Shown here piece after piece: positions 41,301 to 47,887 of a DNA stretch of 64,000 nucleotides; the stretch's first letter is position 1; each line of letters opens with the position of its first letter. Origin of the DNA: a virus (taxonomy: Duplodnaviria; Caudoviricetes); the IMG/VR virus record IMGVR_UViG_3300021364_000005; one strand, 5' to 3'. The position numbers were made by a program, and so were the translations under genes. Under the pieces are notes generated by a model, which was not told the DNA's origin, ran no database searches, and was given only the letters and a program-made list of their open reading frames with translations.

Positions 41301-41878
41301 GTAAATTAGATGAACCTAATAAAAAATATAACTTACCTGGCATATTATTTGTTAATGGCGAACGTATAGAATACTTTGTAAAAGAAGGCAACGTTTTGAG
41401 ACAAATAAAAAGAGCTACGCTTGGTACTGGTATAAACAAAACTTTACCAGTAGGAACTATAGTTAGCAATTTAGGTGCTGCTGAAACAGTTCCATATCAA
41501 GATAAAACTTTGATTACTGAATTTACATCAGATGGATCGTCGGCTGACTTTGAATTAGACTTTTCAGCACAGTATGGCGTAAACCAATTTGAAGTTTTTG
41601 TTGAAGGCAAGCGTTTAAGAAAAACAGCTATTGAAGTTTTTGATCCTGCAATTGATATTGTAAGTCCGCAAGCAGATGTAACACATCCAGCAGAATTCAG
41701 TGTACATGGCACAAATGATAATATTTTAAGATTGTTAAATGTTCCAGATGCAGGAACAAAAATTAAAGTAGTGAGAAAAATAGGATCTCAATGGAGACAA
41801 GAAGGAGTCAGTATGAAAAGCAGTAAAACTTACATTACTGATTTCTTAAGAAAAGGAACAACCGGGCTACCCGAATAA
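26318..41878 (+). CDS. Giant (5186-aa) virion structural protein, baseplate wedge/fibre-like
   Basis: Uninterrupted ORF after gp6 with W...YxxGDxV repeats, propeller-like FG motifs, GSGY repeats and a long coiled-coil insert. Confidence 0.75.
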   Translation: MSENDQKEYPVDGNNVPSSKFLPRYFRTLPNKKFLSATFDQMVQTGTAEKLNAYYGDTVAPGYNTKDPYVTDDIKIRNDYQFSPGTVIEDDLGNVNFYKDYIDYINQIKNLKGTVDNHNNLNEAEFYSLNPHIDADKFVNYREYYWLAYGPQLVNVAGQGKEVVSTFTVTKKDNVDNFSYVFSPDGITDNPDIQLIRGQTYTFEIDAPDMPMTIRTQRPGTSEFSYTDGVTQTETGFTFKVPENAPEVLFYVNENDINASGVFKIINAEDNSEVDVDLEVIGKKAYKGGNGVELSNGMKIRFTGDVTPAKYAEGEWYVEGVGDKIVLISANDLFIPTTNLQDVDVPFDANNFDRLPFDDASGFPAQKDYIVGNRCSRDTNYWARSNKWFHKSVIEASAAANKQPVVLNEALKAKKPIIEFNPHLRLHNSGTIKKLDVDLVDTITTDVFSTIEGSSGYNIDGIDIVDGMRILFLGDTDVLVKNKIYEVKFIRFINNRQLTLQPTEDTDPLVGETLLCKQGTDNKGYMYWFDGTTWKRSQEKPTVNQSPLFELYDNDGIQISTLESVSQLGTKIFSYKTGNGVNDPELGFPLSYRSLENIGDIEFEFNLLSDVITYQRQNVTESIESDQLLLRKYSDRENFEYVNAWVKGKELSVQPVIREYFAEIDQTNFDIDVYENSANVTDLWIRVYQNNKLLVNTKDYDIVNFDNMATVVLKNKASENDQIIIKTNSANAKTNNGHYELPTSVVNNPNNENITQLTFGEFTDHVRTIVESLEDIGGIFPGQSNLRDAGNVYDRGTKFVQHSGMFNLANFHLIDDNANIIKAIEFAKREYGKFKREFLDVANQLGFDGDIKDHVDAVLERIAKDKNNSMPFYFSDMIGYGKGFETQHKVFDENNRFYPLSQKFNLKELSTRAVCVYHNRVQIAHGQDYTFNDDGFIVLDDRLVVNYNDTIDIVEYSSTDGSYIPPTPSKFGLFPKYVPGKYHDHTFLEAQNVVQGHDGSITIAYNDFRDDLLVELEMRIFNNIKVEYDESIFNIHDYIGGEYRTTKFSQQQIDNPFIDDFTDWLQLVGNPDYTEYDSFFSQANPFTFNYSASNSANNNSLPGFWRGIYKWAYDTDRPHSHPWEVLGFSIEPNWWKEVYGPRPYTVDNVPLWTDLEKGIVREPGKAVRFRSKFARPGLASFPPADSRGEIQNPLNSGFLKNYANSQIKTKFKFGDQAPTEAAWRRSSDYPFALLKSMIINRPVHTFGIAFDRSRVKRNFAGQLVYGDTNKRIKKETIAFPNSLSSTDRVQTAGLVNYVAALIQNDVSTQYDEYVSNIQRVNNKLGLRVGGFTNKEKFNLLLDSRSPFNTTNVFIPQENYKVFLNKSTAFDVVTYSGVIIEKVASGFIIRGYDRFNPVFPIYQSVPASNDPVMREGGTSENFIDWDENKLYLQGNLVRYEGRFFRAREEHTSSERFDADLFVEVKEVPVVGGVNVTVPQNFREHLSYVDYGTTYATVQEVINFIAGYEQHLIKSGFIFNSYSPESETIQNWRMSMKDYLFWTTQNWQENSVITLSPLAETVKWFKDGYIVDNIFNEIYATAPLNSNGRPINPKNLSYSRVEKEFILQPKDTNEGIYLAKLPLTQKEHIVLLDNKTIFKDVIYNKEQGYRQQRIKVIGYRSSDWDGSINVPGFIIDDVTILDWNENTDYSIGDVVKYKKDYYVAKENVPGNTTLDLNYWEVLSGKPENGLFPNFDYKINQFADFYDLDTDNFDIEQQKVAQHLIGYQKREYLQNILKDDVSQYKFYQGYIQDKGTKNALTKLFDALSSSGEDSLEFYEEWAARVGSYGATDGIKELEFILDESKFQLDPQPIIITNRDEGRALDLVYRQPITDVYLAPEDYDYRNVFPTKNLKQYVPTAGYVNSDDVDYEIATYNDILTLDAASILIDQYVWVGLDKDNDWNVFKVENTDLKIGINDYQTDTRLTFYKEHNLEIGDIFIIATEKSGEEKLVKVKNIENEYVTIDKIDITETDVPIRKFVSKRYTNISNFAAAVDSTTINDLAWVDQVENENTWGVYEKGSYNYSKVSELDNTGKTGYYFNDISSDQRNVLLAVGYTGDNQVEVFSRATDTSNLVIEGNILEDTTVASNQSFGSSVAVSPDQKYIAVGSPDATSIKTNLIGSWNPNTAYAVGDILKHNNRYWTAQRPILASSGPQSYNTYEPYPILKDNLSDSTEANFLVAGNYPLTNTRANHFLIRATDVQFRAIPVGSTLHLHWNRFSVSHINPTLRRDPFEGTVTGLDYNWLTGAHVISDKVDMILNIPFALLSVAVGDILQTSTGEGEINYVYQNGNGFIVYLKNTTGQFAATGKIYNSANDEIGDYEYEIPDDTHTSLGGYWMISTNSISAGGVDFIDVIVDNSPGLIIKDVKQAGDLTAVESYYNVTEDVGVVGTISNGNEKVSLIGKFKDPDTGYPAPSGYEYRNLWFVRLGSTAPTFNIGDSIRLQENTFLQDIEWENEFPIINDNSDPIFDNNHEVVEKIDGYIRIQLQPDQVGTHNFVKGDQLEDANTGAIFNIFHATIDAGFLTQTLYVNIDGTSPVQTFSNGSDYGDSTRVIRRRSGEVNRDAGFMQESSVATAGGSISPLYVFDSRQHLANPALINYDLPVYGTDLYYGAEYWIRPQGRTELGDARAANEPTPNNADWLLTTSIDVIPTGGTLYTGTGFVSVYERQDIGVYALEKRFVLPFNFANVGKNLDFKIVNGTYVLFVGAQDKLLFVKKGTEGSRTFNWEVSLDKDFRDVFSMSAEYYIGDVVIYNAELYRAKTNIASGSSFNILNWDLIDNDIDYTGYVPRPTTVAGNDSSLLSLFTDIDSVAADYELSDNGQVLALYATRDDTDPNVTQNDKIAVYRYVDNAYRLQNVIDIPDDSVNDQEYKHNFSMSSDGSKIAVGLYKSDANGLYDAGKVLVYEYQSASLGWILIDTIISPSNDDSENFGYDVAFVGNSLVVSSLYGDNRKDWTLSDNTTFDNGFTSFYLSDNIDVGSVYVYDLLQGKYIFATRIDTSVNLTKDLRKNGLHLYGLNGHETLCDYKFNNQTIWNRKRQQLRVVDIDKFKGPFLYDKSTKEMINYIDIVDPIQGKIAGPAEQELRFKSHWDPAIFSNADEADTNIIVDKFKAWGPEQTGYLWWDLSTARFKNPYQGSAIYQLNNWNTLFTGASIDVYEWVESDYDPENWTALADTEEGLNEAISGQPKYGIDTYSLKKKYDPITQSFVNKYYFWVKNKKTLPALKERVTTAFDVAAYIADPRSVNYKYAVLLTSFRYAVLNSRADIKDRDTVVNFTWHTLENKDLNIHNQYQLISDGLYTSKPNAELVTKWFDSLVGFDKNLKEVPDPMLSPKLKYGTLSRPRQSWFVNRLEALKVVIERANLALRKKVIVDDFDFTALNSYDEEPSPSSREYDYVVDTEIDLQFIGVNNFKQAVLTPVWTNGRLTDVIITNPGSGYIDPSYTTGTRKGPLVKVVGTGTGAEVECTINSFGSITNVRIVSSGEGYADTGVLSIRGLTALVNADSTINNKWAIAEYAPSTQLWNRKSTQNFDTRLYWKYVDWFASGYNQFTEPTFILEYSYELESLQDRIGDVVKINNVGTGGWLLLKKVDDQDSVDYSVNYETVGRQNGTIEIDKGLYDFRGTISGYDGYSYDITIYDGVPISETRIILETLFNSIFVDDLAIEYNKIFFASIRHIFSEGQTPDWLFKTSFVKAKHNFGSLDQKTHFQNDNLSSYESYIREVKPYKTQIREYISAYNKIDPSASRVTDFDLMPWYDPAKGKIAPQVTQVKDGVITVDNNLEYPWKSWIDNATYYVDSIEVVDGGSNFTMEPQITLEGGGGEGATARAYISRGKITSIEVLTNGSGYVSAPTVVINGSQTEGGTPAIAVSRIENDTVRKIKTTMKFDRTSGEFVYLDLSKTETFTSLTNQFKFDLKWPIDFAEELEIDIDGAEVLSSLYTIGNEQDKTFNEYYIERGFVEFTEPLDPNQIVTIKYNISPALLKASDRVHHFYKPISGMPGYDQVVKDLSQVMQGIDYGGVEITSFDFDTDAGWDSDGWYTSAYDQFDGLYEDIVFRADGSTRSVTLTTPLELGTVYNLYLNGVKVDDPNFGTAQQTNINALGSSITGDGTSTEIDVSNYNIQDGDVFIIRKITSDGTFIPDGASYDAQLSGGNFSYGNAKGITAGEIIVDGDGFVTPTTSRSTDEHVPGQVLDTVDIKVYERISNGQGVIVSRIHYFNADEEEQILATKQSELASLNVDYTTEESDLESFNSQLATLQTELATLETERDNLQAYADSIDLTTSEYLALQSEKTDLEDDIATAQSELSSLQSQLSTAQGDLANLESQKTSVDSQLVTAQQNLATAQGELSSLQQQLSAAQADLQNYLPSDPEYGQIQALIQSLQSQITAKNGQISNLQSQISSLQSQSSSLASQIASKQSEVTSLQGQVTSKNTQITSLQNDLQTVNTEISDYQQAYNLALADVSAKEGEISNKETDISIKQGQIATQNTLVSNIENAIAAKEVEVDQAQAAIDALLVDYDIGITPLKQENLIVRFSNGTDDNRILDYSEYTVNYSAKTISLKNAPPSRTTINTLVVGSNGSEILDSGRFIGDGSTTEFLTKLTYQENLQAVITVNGIQRSAKASEGKAADVEILMSSDDYELENAVLLSFGAAPKAGDYINYIIFGSDTETFSEVIIDDFQADGSTATFELTQQPYNKQPADIHTLVLVGNNVLDTGYNTRFNKTSAKFYPLSQQNIPYYSKNPQEIIVYANGILQTHTESYRWYTENSTLELFDGKFATDDVIEVYTKNENYEISNSFITLSNIPTAGTIKVFQFSNHDLLEIKRSTQTVLKRATLVVGTDDWREYSDGAIGRIRLENPVINENYVWIALNGTLLSPNTDYGLLPDYKTVEIYKEIQEGNEIDVIHFSGDVSSERFGYKQFKDILNRTHYKRINAQTETVLDQPLAQNDLRIYVKDGSKLDEPNKKYNLPGILFVNGERIEYFVKEGNVLRQIKRATLGTGINKTLPVGTIVSNLGAAETVPYQDKTLITEFTSDGSSADFELDFSAQYGVNQFEVFVEGKRLRKTAIEVFDPAIDIVSPQADVTHPAEFSVHGTNDNILRLLNVPDAGTKIKVVRKIGSQWRQEGVSMKSSKTYITDFLRKGTTGLPE

Positions 41879-41881
41879 ATA
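41875..41881 (+). promoter_or_regulatory. Late promoter core ATAAATA
   Basis: Overlaps the stop codon of the giant ORF, upstream of the 41906 ATG. Confidence 0.5.
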
Positions 41882-41905
41882 CAATTACTGAAAGTGAGAT
41901 ATAGT

Positions 41906-42508
41906 ATGCTGCAAGATAAACATGGTGTAATGGTACAAGGTCATATAAAGATATTTGACCCAGAATCTGGTGAGGTTATAGTTGATAAGCGTAATGCTAT
42001 TCATTACGAAAATATGAGTATTGCTTTAGCTGAAAGTTTAGCTAATCAGGGCAATGGTTTTATTTGGAGTATGGATTTTGGCAATGGCGGCACAAATCTA
42101 GATCCTAGCGGTGTAATTACATATCTTACACCAAACTCAACAGGTACAAATGCAAGTTTGTACAATAAAACATTTTCAAAAGTTGTAGCAGATAGTCCGT
42201 CAAACACAGATAAAATTAGAAACAAAATAGAAACTCGCCATGTTAACGGGACAAATTATACTGATGTATTTGTAAGTTGTTTACTAGATTATGGAGAGCC
42301 ACAAGGCCAAGCAGCATTTGACACTACTGACAGCAACGAAAATTTGTATGTATTTGATGAATTAGGGCTAAGAAGTTACAGTGAGTCGGGCGAAGGAAAA
42401 TTAATTACTCACGTTATTTTCCATCCAGTACAAAAGTCATTAAACAGATTAGTACAAGTAGACTATACTGTGCGTATACAAAGTTTAACTGGATTTAATG
42501 AGGGGTAA
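41906..42508 (+). CDS. Virion structural protein (baseplate/fibre attachment)
   Basis: GHIKI...NAIH, FGNGG, FDELGL, HPVQKS motifs. Likely ATG at 41906 (track gives GTG 41894). Confidence 0.55.
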   Translation: MLQDKHGVMVQGHIKIFDPESGEVIVDKRNAIHYENMSIALAESLANQGNGFIWSMDFGNGGTNLDPSGVITYLTPNSTGTNASLYNKTFSKVVADSPSNTDKIRNKIETRHVNGTNYTDVFVSCLLDYGEPQGQAAFDTTDSNENLYVFDELGLRSYSESGEGKLITHVIFHPVQKSLNRLVQVDYTVRIQSLTGFNEG

Positions 42509-42511
42509 TAG

Positions 42512-44566
42512 ATGCCATATACTATAAGACATACTGATGAACCAAACAACGGATCTATCACAGTAGAAGATAGAACAGTTGACGAGTCAACAAGTTTAAA
42601 ATTACCTGGCAAAAATGTTACAGCATATGGCACAGTAATTGGCGAAAACTTTTTACACTTATTAGAAAATTTTGCTGCAACAACAGCACCAAGTAATCCT
42701 GTTCAAGGTCAACTTTGGTACGATAGTACTCCAAATGCAAATACATTAAAAATTTATGATGGTACAACATGGTTACCGTCAGGTGGAGTTAAAAAAGGAA
42801 ATTCAGAGCCTTTAGCAGCAAACAGTCTACTGGGCGATTTGTGGGTAAACACAGATACTCAGCAACTGTATTTGTTTACAGGATCTAACTGGATTTTAGT
42901 AGGACCTGATTTTAGTGAGGGGTTAAGCACAGGTATTAAACCGCAAACTATTCTTGGTAAGGACAATGTTTCATACACTGTAATGACAGTAGAAGTAAAA
43001 GCAAAGCCTGTAATTATTATATCATCGAATAGTTTTGAACCTAAAGCAGCTATAGGTGGATTTGCATCAATTGAACCTGGTATTAATCTTAGCACTGAAA
43101 ATATAACAAATCAAGGGATACCAGAGTATAACGGTCCTGCTAATACTGCATCGAATCTACAAATAGGTAGCTTAAAAATACCTGCATCAACATTTGTTAG
43201 AAATGACATCAGTAACACAATTTCAGAAGAACTTAAAATCAGTACAAACAACGGTATAAAGTTAGGTGAAGCACAAAATTATAGTTTGACCGTTGACGGT
43301 GCAAGTGCTAGTTTAACAAACCAAGCACCTACTTCAAGTATTGATTTAAGGATAAACACTGGCACACAAGTTACGCCTATTATGAGATTAAATTACGATA
43401 AAACTGTAGGTATAAACAGAACAGATCCTTCAGAAGCACTAGATGTAAATGGTAACATTAGAACTAATGCAAAAATGTTAGTAGCAGGTACTGACAATGC
43501 TACAGGACTTAATACAGGTGCGTTACAAACTACAGGAGGCGCCAGCATTGCAAAAGATTTTTATGTCCATCAAGATGTTGACATAAACGGTGCATTAAGT
43601 GTAGGAGGAAATATTACTCCTACTACAAATAACTCTACATTCTTAGGAAGTAATAGTTTTAAATTTGGTGGAGTTTATGCATCTACTTTTTATGGAAATT
43701 TAGTAGGAAATATTACAGGTACTGTAACAGGGGTAATGAATGGACCAGCTACTAAACTAGCTAGTCCTACAGACTTTAGTTTACAGGGAGATGTAAGCAG
43801 TAACACTATATCCTTTAACGGACAACAAACTGGAGGAGTAGCAACATTTACTACAGCTATAGACCCAGACTTTATCAACAATAAACCAGCAGCAACATCA
43901 ATAGGTGATACAGATGAAATACTTATCAATCAGCCTACCGATGTAAATGCACCTTTAAAGAAAGCAACAAAGGCAGCATTCTTAGGAAGTATTCCAAAAA
44001 CACCTCCAGGAGTTATACTTCCTTATGGCGGCGATAGTGATCCTGATCCTGCAAGTGTTGGAGGCGGTGTTTGGCTTTTATGTGACGGCAGAGAAGTTTT
44101 AATTAGTGCATATCCTGATCTATATGCACTAATAGGTTTAAAGTTTAAAGGAAATCCAGCAACAAGTTATTTTGGTCTACCTGATATGAGAGGTAGGGTA
44201 CCAATGGGGGCTGATAATCTTGGCGGTGTAAGCGCAGATAGAGTTACAGCTAATACAGCAGATATAATAGGTAATGCAGGTGGTTCTGAAAAGCACACAA
44301 TAGTACAATCTGAATTACCAGATCACGTGCATGATATGTATAATGATAATAACAATAGACAATATTATGCAGCTAGAACAACACCTGAAAGTGCAACTAC
44401 AGGAACAGTAAGTATTCCAACACCAGCAGGAGTAAACACGCAAACATCAAGTGCTATTTTAGATAGTGGCGGTATTAAAAATTATTCTGCGCAGACTGCT
44501 ATGGATATAATGAGTCCTTATATGACACTTAATTATATTATCTACACCGGTAAGGACATAACATGA
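42512..44566 (+). CDS. Tail fibre protein with tail-collar domain
   Basis: N-terminal ENFLHLLENFA...GQLWYD anchor; C-terminal collar WLLCDG...YPDLYALIG...FGLPDMRGRVPMG. Confidence 0.8.
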   Translation: MPYTIRHTDEPNNGSITVEDRTVDESTSLKLPGKNVTAYGTVIGENFLHLLENFAATTAPSNPVQGQLWYDSTPNANTLKIYDGTTWLPSGGVKKGNSEPLAANSLLGDLWVNTDTQQLYLFTGSNWILVGPDFSEGLSTGIKPQTILGKDNVSYTVMTVEVKAKPVIIISSNSFEPKAAIGGFASIEPGINLSTENITNQGIPEYNGPANTASNLQIGSLKIPASTFVRNDISNTISEELKISTNNGIKLGEAQNYSLTVDGASASLTNQAPTSSIDLRINTGTQVTPIMRLNYDKTVGINRTDPSEALDVNGNIRTNAKMLVAGTDNATGLNTGALQTTGGASIAKDFYVHQDVDINGALSVGGNITPTTNNSTFLGSNSFKFGGVYASTFYGNLVGNITGTVTGVMNGPATKLASPTDFSLQGDVSSNTISFNGQQTGGVATFTTAIDPDFINNKPAATSIGDTDEILINQPTDVNAPLKKATKAAFLGSIPKTPPGVILPYGGDSDPDPASVGGGVWLLCDGREVLISAYPDLYALIGLKFKGNPATSYFGLPDMRGRVPMGADNLGGVSADRVTANTADIIGNAGGSEKHTIVQSELPDHVHDMYNDNNNRQYYAARTTPESATTGTVSIPTPAGVNTQTSSAILDSGGIKNYSAQTAMDIMSPYMTLNYIIYTGKDIT

Positions 44567-46362
44567 GCTACAAAATAAACAAAACAGATGGCACTCTTTT
44601 AGTAGATCTAATAGATGGCGTTCAAAATGATAAAGCAACTGATATTATCTTGATCGGAAGAAATAGTACAGGATTTGGCGAAGCATTTAACGAAAATCTT
44701 GTAAAAATGTTAGAAAACTTTTCTAATACAAGTGCTCCAGCAAATCCTTTAGAAGGACAGTTATGGTTTGATACCACTACTGACACTTTGAAAGTATATG
44801 ATGGGACTGATTTTAAAAATGCTGGTGGTGCATATGTTCAAGCATCTGTGCCTAGCATGGCAAAAGGCGATTTATGGTATAACACAACAACTAATCAAAT
44901 GTTTACATTTGATGGAGATGACACACAACTTGTAGGACCGTTGTATACTAACACTCAAGGAATAACAGGCGAAGTACCTGACACAATACAAGATTTACAA
45001 GGATTTCCTAGGGCAGTAATTAAACATTATGTAGGTGGAAACTTGCTAGGTTTGTGGAGTAATTTAGAATTTAAAATTTCTGCTACAAATACTGATGATG
45101 TGATTCTTGGATTAGAACAAGATGCGTTAAACAATAGAATAGTCAGACGAGGATTTAATATCCTTGATAGCGATTATTTAATTAGAGGTACGGTTACTAA
45201 TGCTCAAGGAATTGGCGGAGTTGATATAAGTAAACTGGTTCGTACAGATGTAACTAGCACAATAGATGCAAGCCTAATAATTAGAGGCCCAGACGGCTTA
45301 AAGTTTAGTAGTGTTCATCAACAAAAGTATAATCCAGCAGAGTTTGCTATTACAAACTTAGTTGCAAATGATGACTTATCTTTAAACGTTGTAGGAAGTG
45401 CTACAGGAGCATTAACACAATCTGCTCTTTACATTGATAGCAGCACAGCACATATAGGTATGTATAATAGAGTGCCCGAAGCTATGCTTCATATAGGTAC
45501 GTCTACAAACCCTGGTAGCTTAATTGTAGAAGGCGATTTAACAGTCAAAGGAAATAGTGCATTTATCGAAGCAAGCACTTTGCGAGTAGAAGATAAACAA
45601 ATTGAGCTAGGAATGCTTGCTGATAGTACGCAAGGTAATGATGCTGCTATAGACGGCGCTGGCATAGTGGTTGCATCATCAGATGGCAGTAAAGATTTAC
45701 TTTGGGTACAAAGCACAGGTTCTTGGACATCAAACCAAGATTTTGATTTGCAAGCAGGTAAAGAATATAAAATTAACGGAGTATCGGTATTAACAGGTAC
45801 AGCATTGGGTGCAAATATTACAAGTGCTCCTGGACTAACTTCGATTGGCACACTTACAAGTTTTGGAACTAGTTTCTTAACGATTAGTGGAACTTCAATA
45901 ACAACAACTAATGGACAGCATTTAAATCTTGCTCCTGCCGGAGATGTTGTTGTTAACAATAGTGTTGTTAGAGGATTAACAGCTGGCAATACAGATGATA
46001 GTGCAGCTACAAAAGGATATGTTGATACACAAGTAAACAGCAGTGATATTGCTATTGAAATGGATGCTACCGGATTATCTAATACTGATATAAGAAATTA
46101 TTTAAATCAACTATTTCCTACAAATGCACAGAATAGAAGTTGTAGAGTATTAGCTACAAGTTATGCATTTACAGGCACAGCAGATGTAGAAACTGCTAAA
46201 CAAACAACAACAGTAACAGTAGATAGAAACGGTAATTTAGAGTCAGAAAATGTAATCAAAACTGTTTCATTTAGTGATGCTGATGTAACAGTAACAATGA
46301 CACCAACGAGGGTGGTTAAGACATTCCAGTGGGATGGAAGCACATGGCTTTTCATATCATAG
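44563..46362 (+). CDS. Tail fibre protein (paralogue)
   Basis: Same N-terminal NENLVKMLENFS...GQLWFD anchor; Gly/Thr-rich shaft. Confidence 0.7.
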   Translation: MSYKINKTDGTLLVDLIDGVQNDKATDIILIGRNSTGFGEAFNENLVKMLENFSNTSAPANPLEGQLWFDTTTDTLKVYDGTDFKNAGGAYVQASVPSMAKGDLWYNTTTNQMFTFDGDDTQLVGPLYTNTQGITGEVPDTIQDLQGFPRAVIKHYVGGNLLGLWSNLEFKISATNTDDVILGLEQDALNNRIVRRGFNILDSDYLIRGTVTNAQGIGGVDISKLVRTDVTSTIDASLIIRGPDGLKFSSVHQQKYNPAEFAITNLVANDDLSLNVVGSATGALTQSALYIDSSTAHIGMYNRVPEAMLHIGTSTNPGSLIVEGDLTVKGNSAFIEASTLRVEDKQIELGMLADSTQGNDAAIDGAGIVVASSDGSKDLLWVQSTGSWTSNQDFDLQAGKEYKINGVSVLTGTALGANITSAPGLTSIGTLTSFGTSFLTISGTSITTTNGQHLNLAPAGDVVVNNSVVRGLTAGNTDDSAATKGYVDTQVNSSDIAIEMDATGLSNTDIRNYLNQLFPTNAQNRSCRVLATSYAFTGTADVETAKQTTTVTVDRNGNLESENVIKTVSFSDADVTVTMTPTRVVKTFQWDGSTWLFIS

Positions 46363-46363
46363 G

Positions 46364-46370
46364 ATAAATA
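46364..46370 (+). promoter_or_regulatory. Late promoter core ATAAATA
   Basis: GATAAATAC upstream of the 46397 ATG. Confidence 0.5.
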
Positions 46371-46396
46371 CATTATAGTTAGGGGTAACACGAGAT

Positions 46397-47860
46397 ATGG
46401 CATACCAAATAGACAATTTTAGAGGACAATTTTTAACAACTGTTGATGATGGAACTATCAACAATGCCACCGATCTAAAACTTGTAGGTAAAAACTACGC
46501 AGGATATGGTGAAATACAAAACGAAAATTTTGTTCATTTATTAGAAAATTTTGCATCAGGCCAAGCACCAGGTAAGCCTATTCAAGGACAACTATGGTTT
46601 GATGCTACATCGGGAGCAGAGAAGTTAAAATTTTACGACGGTACTGCTTGGAGAACAGCTGGAGGCGCTGAAGTAAGCCCGCAGCCAGGCCCAACCGGAT
46701 TAGTTGAAGGTGACTTTTGGTGGGATACAACAAACGAACAGTTATATGCTAGAGGTGCAAACGGTTTTGTACTTGTAGGACCGCAAAGCACAGGCGCAGG
46801 AAATGTTACCCAAATGCGCAGTGTTACACTAAACGACAACGGAACTCCTGCCACAGCTCATAATGTAATACTTGCAACAGTTGATAATGTTGTACAATAT
46901 ATCATTAGCAATTCTACATTTACTATTTCAGCAGCTGATGCTATCGTAGGATTTGATGTTGTACATGAAGGACTAACATTAAAAAATACCCAAAATAATT
47001 ATGCAGGACAAACACAAGGTGCTCCTCGATATTGGGGTACAGCAACTAATGCTGATAGACTAGGCGGCGTTGCTGCAAATCAATACCTTACAGCTCTTAA
47101 TGCAACGTTTACACAAAATGTTCATTTTGATGATCCAGGATTTACAGTAGGCGATGATAATGATTTGCTTGTTGACATCAACGGTAACGAAGCTAGAGTT
47201 CAGCAAAAAGTAGGCGACACTATTGGTTTTTATGTTAACGACCAAGGTACATTACGCAGTGTAATGAGTGTTAAGCACAGTTCAGTAGAGCCGGGTGCTG
47301 CTACTGCTACTTTAGGGGTTGCAAATAATAGATGGGATACAGTTTTTGCTGATAACTTTGATGGAAATGCAACAAGTGCAACTGGACTTAAATTAACAGG
47401 AAACATTTATTATCCTGATTTTAACGATAATCCAAATACAGTAGCATTAAGAGATGCCAACGGCGACCTTGAAGCAAGATTTTTTAACGGAACTGCAACT
47501 GCTGCAAAATATGCAGACCTTGCAGAGATTTACAGCACTAGCGAAGAATTACCAACAGGAACAGTAGTAGCTGTAGGTGGTGAAGCAGAAGTCCGTCCAG
47601 CTAAAGTAAGTGATTTTGTAGTTGGAGTTATTTCAGCAGAACCTGCTTACTTAATGAATAGCACAGCAGATGGACAAGCTGTTGCTTTAAAAGGGCGTGT
47701 GCCTGTAAGAGTGAAAGGACCTGTTTCAAAAGGACAAGCTGTATATGCTTGGCAAGATGGTGTTTGTAGTACAATAGCATCAACTGGCATGGTAGGTATT
47801 GCTTTAGAAGGCTGTAATGATGATTCGGAATGCCTAATTGAGTGTGTTTTGAAGGTATAA
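46397..47860 (+). CDS. Tail fibre protein with C-terminal chaperone/peptidase-like domain
   Basis: Same anchor domain; C-terminal YADLAEIY...GVIS..PAYLMN...ALKGRVPV module common at phage fibre ends. Confidence 0.7.
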   Translation: MAYQIDNFRGQFLTTVDDGTINNATDLKLVGKNYAGYGEIQNENFVHLLENFASGQAPGKPIQGQLWFDATSGAEKLKFYDGTAWRTAGGAEVSPQPGPTGLVEGDFWWDTTNEQLYARGANGFVLVGPQSTGAGNVTQMRSVTLNDNGTPATAHNVILATVDNVVQYIISNSTFTISAADAIVGFDVVHEGLTLKNTQNNYAGQTQGAPRYWGTATNADRLGGVAANQYLTALNATFTQNVHFDDPGFTVGDDNDLLVDINGNEARVQQKVGDTIGFYVNDQGTLRSVMSVKHSSVEPGAATATLGVANNRWDTVFADNFDGNATSATGLKLTGNIYYPDFNDNPNTVALRDANGDLEARFFNGTATAAKYADLAEIYSTSEELPTGTVVAVGGEAEVRPAKVSDFVVGVISAEPAYLMNSTADGQAVALKGRVPVRVKGPVSKGQAVYAWQDGVCSTIASTGMVGIALEGCNDDSECLIECVLKV

Positions 47861-47863
47861 ATA
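47856..47863 (+). promoter_or_regulatory. T4-type late promoter TATAAATA
   Basis: Exact consensus overlapping the upstream stop, 25 nt before the 47888 ATG. Confidence 0.65.
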
Positions 47864-47887
47864 GATTAATAAGGAAGTGTAACTGCA

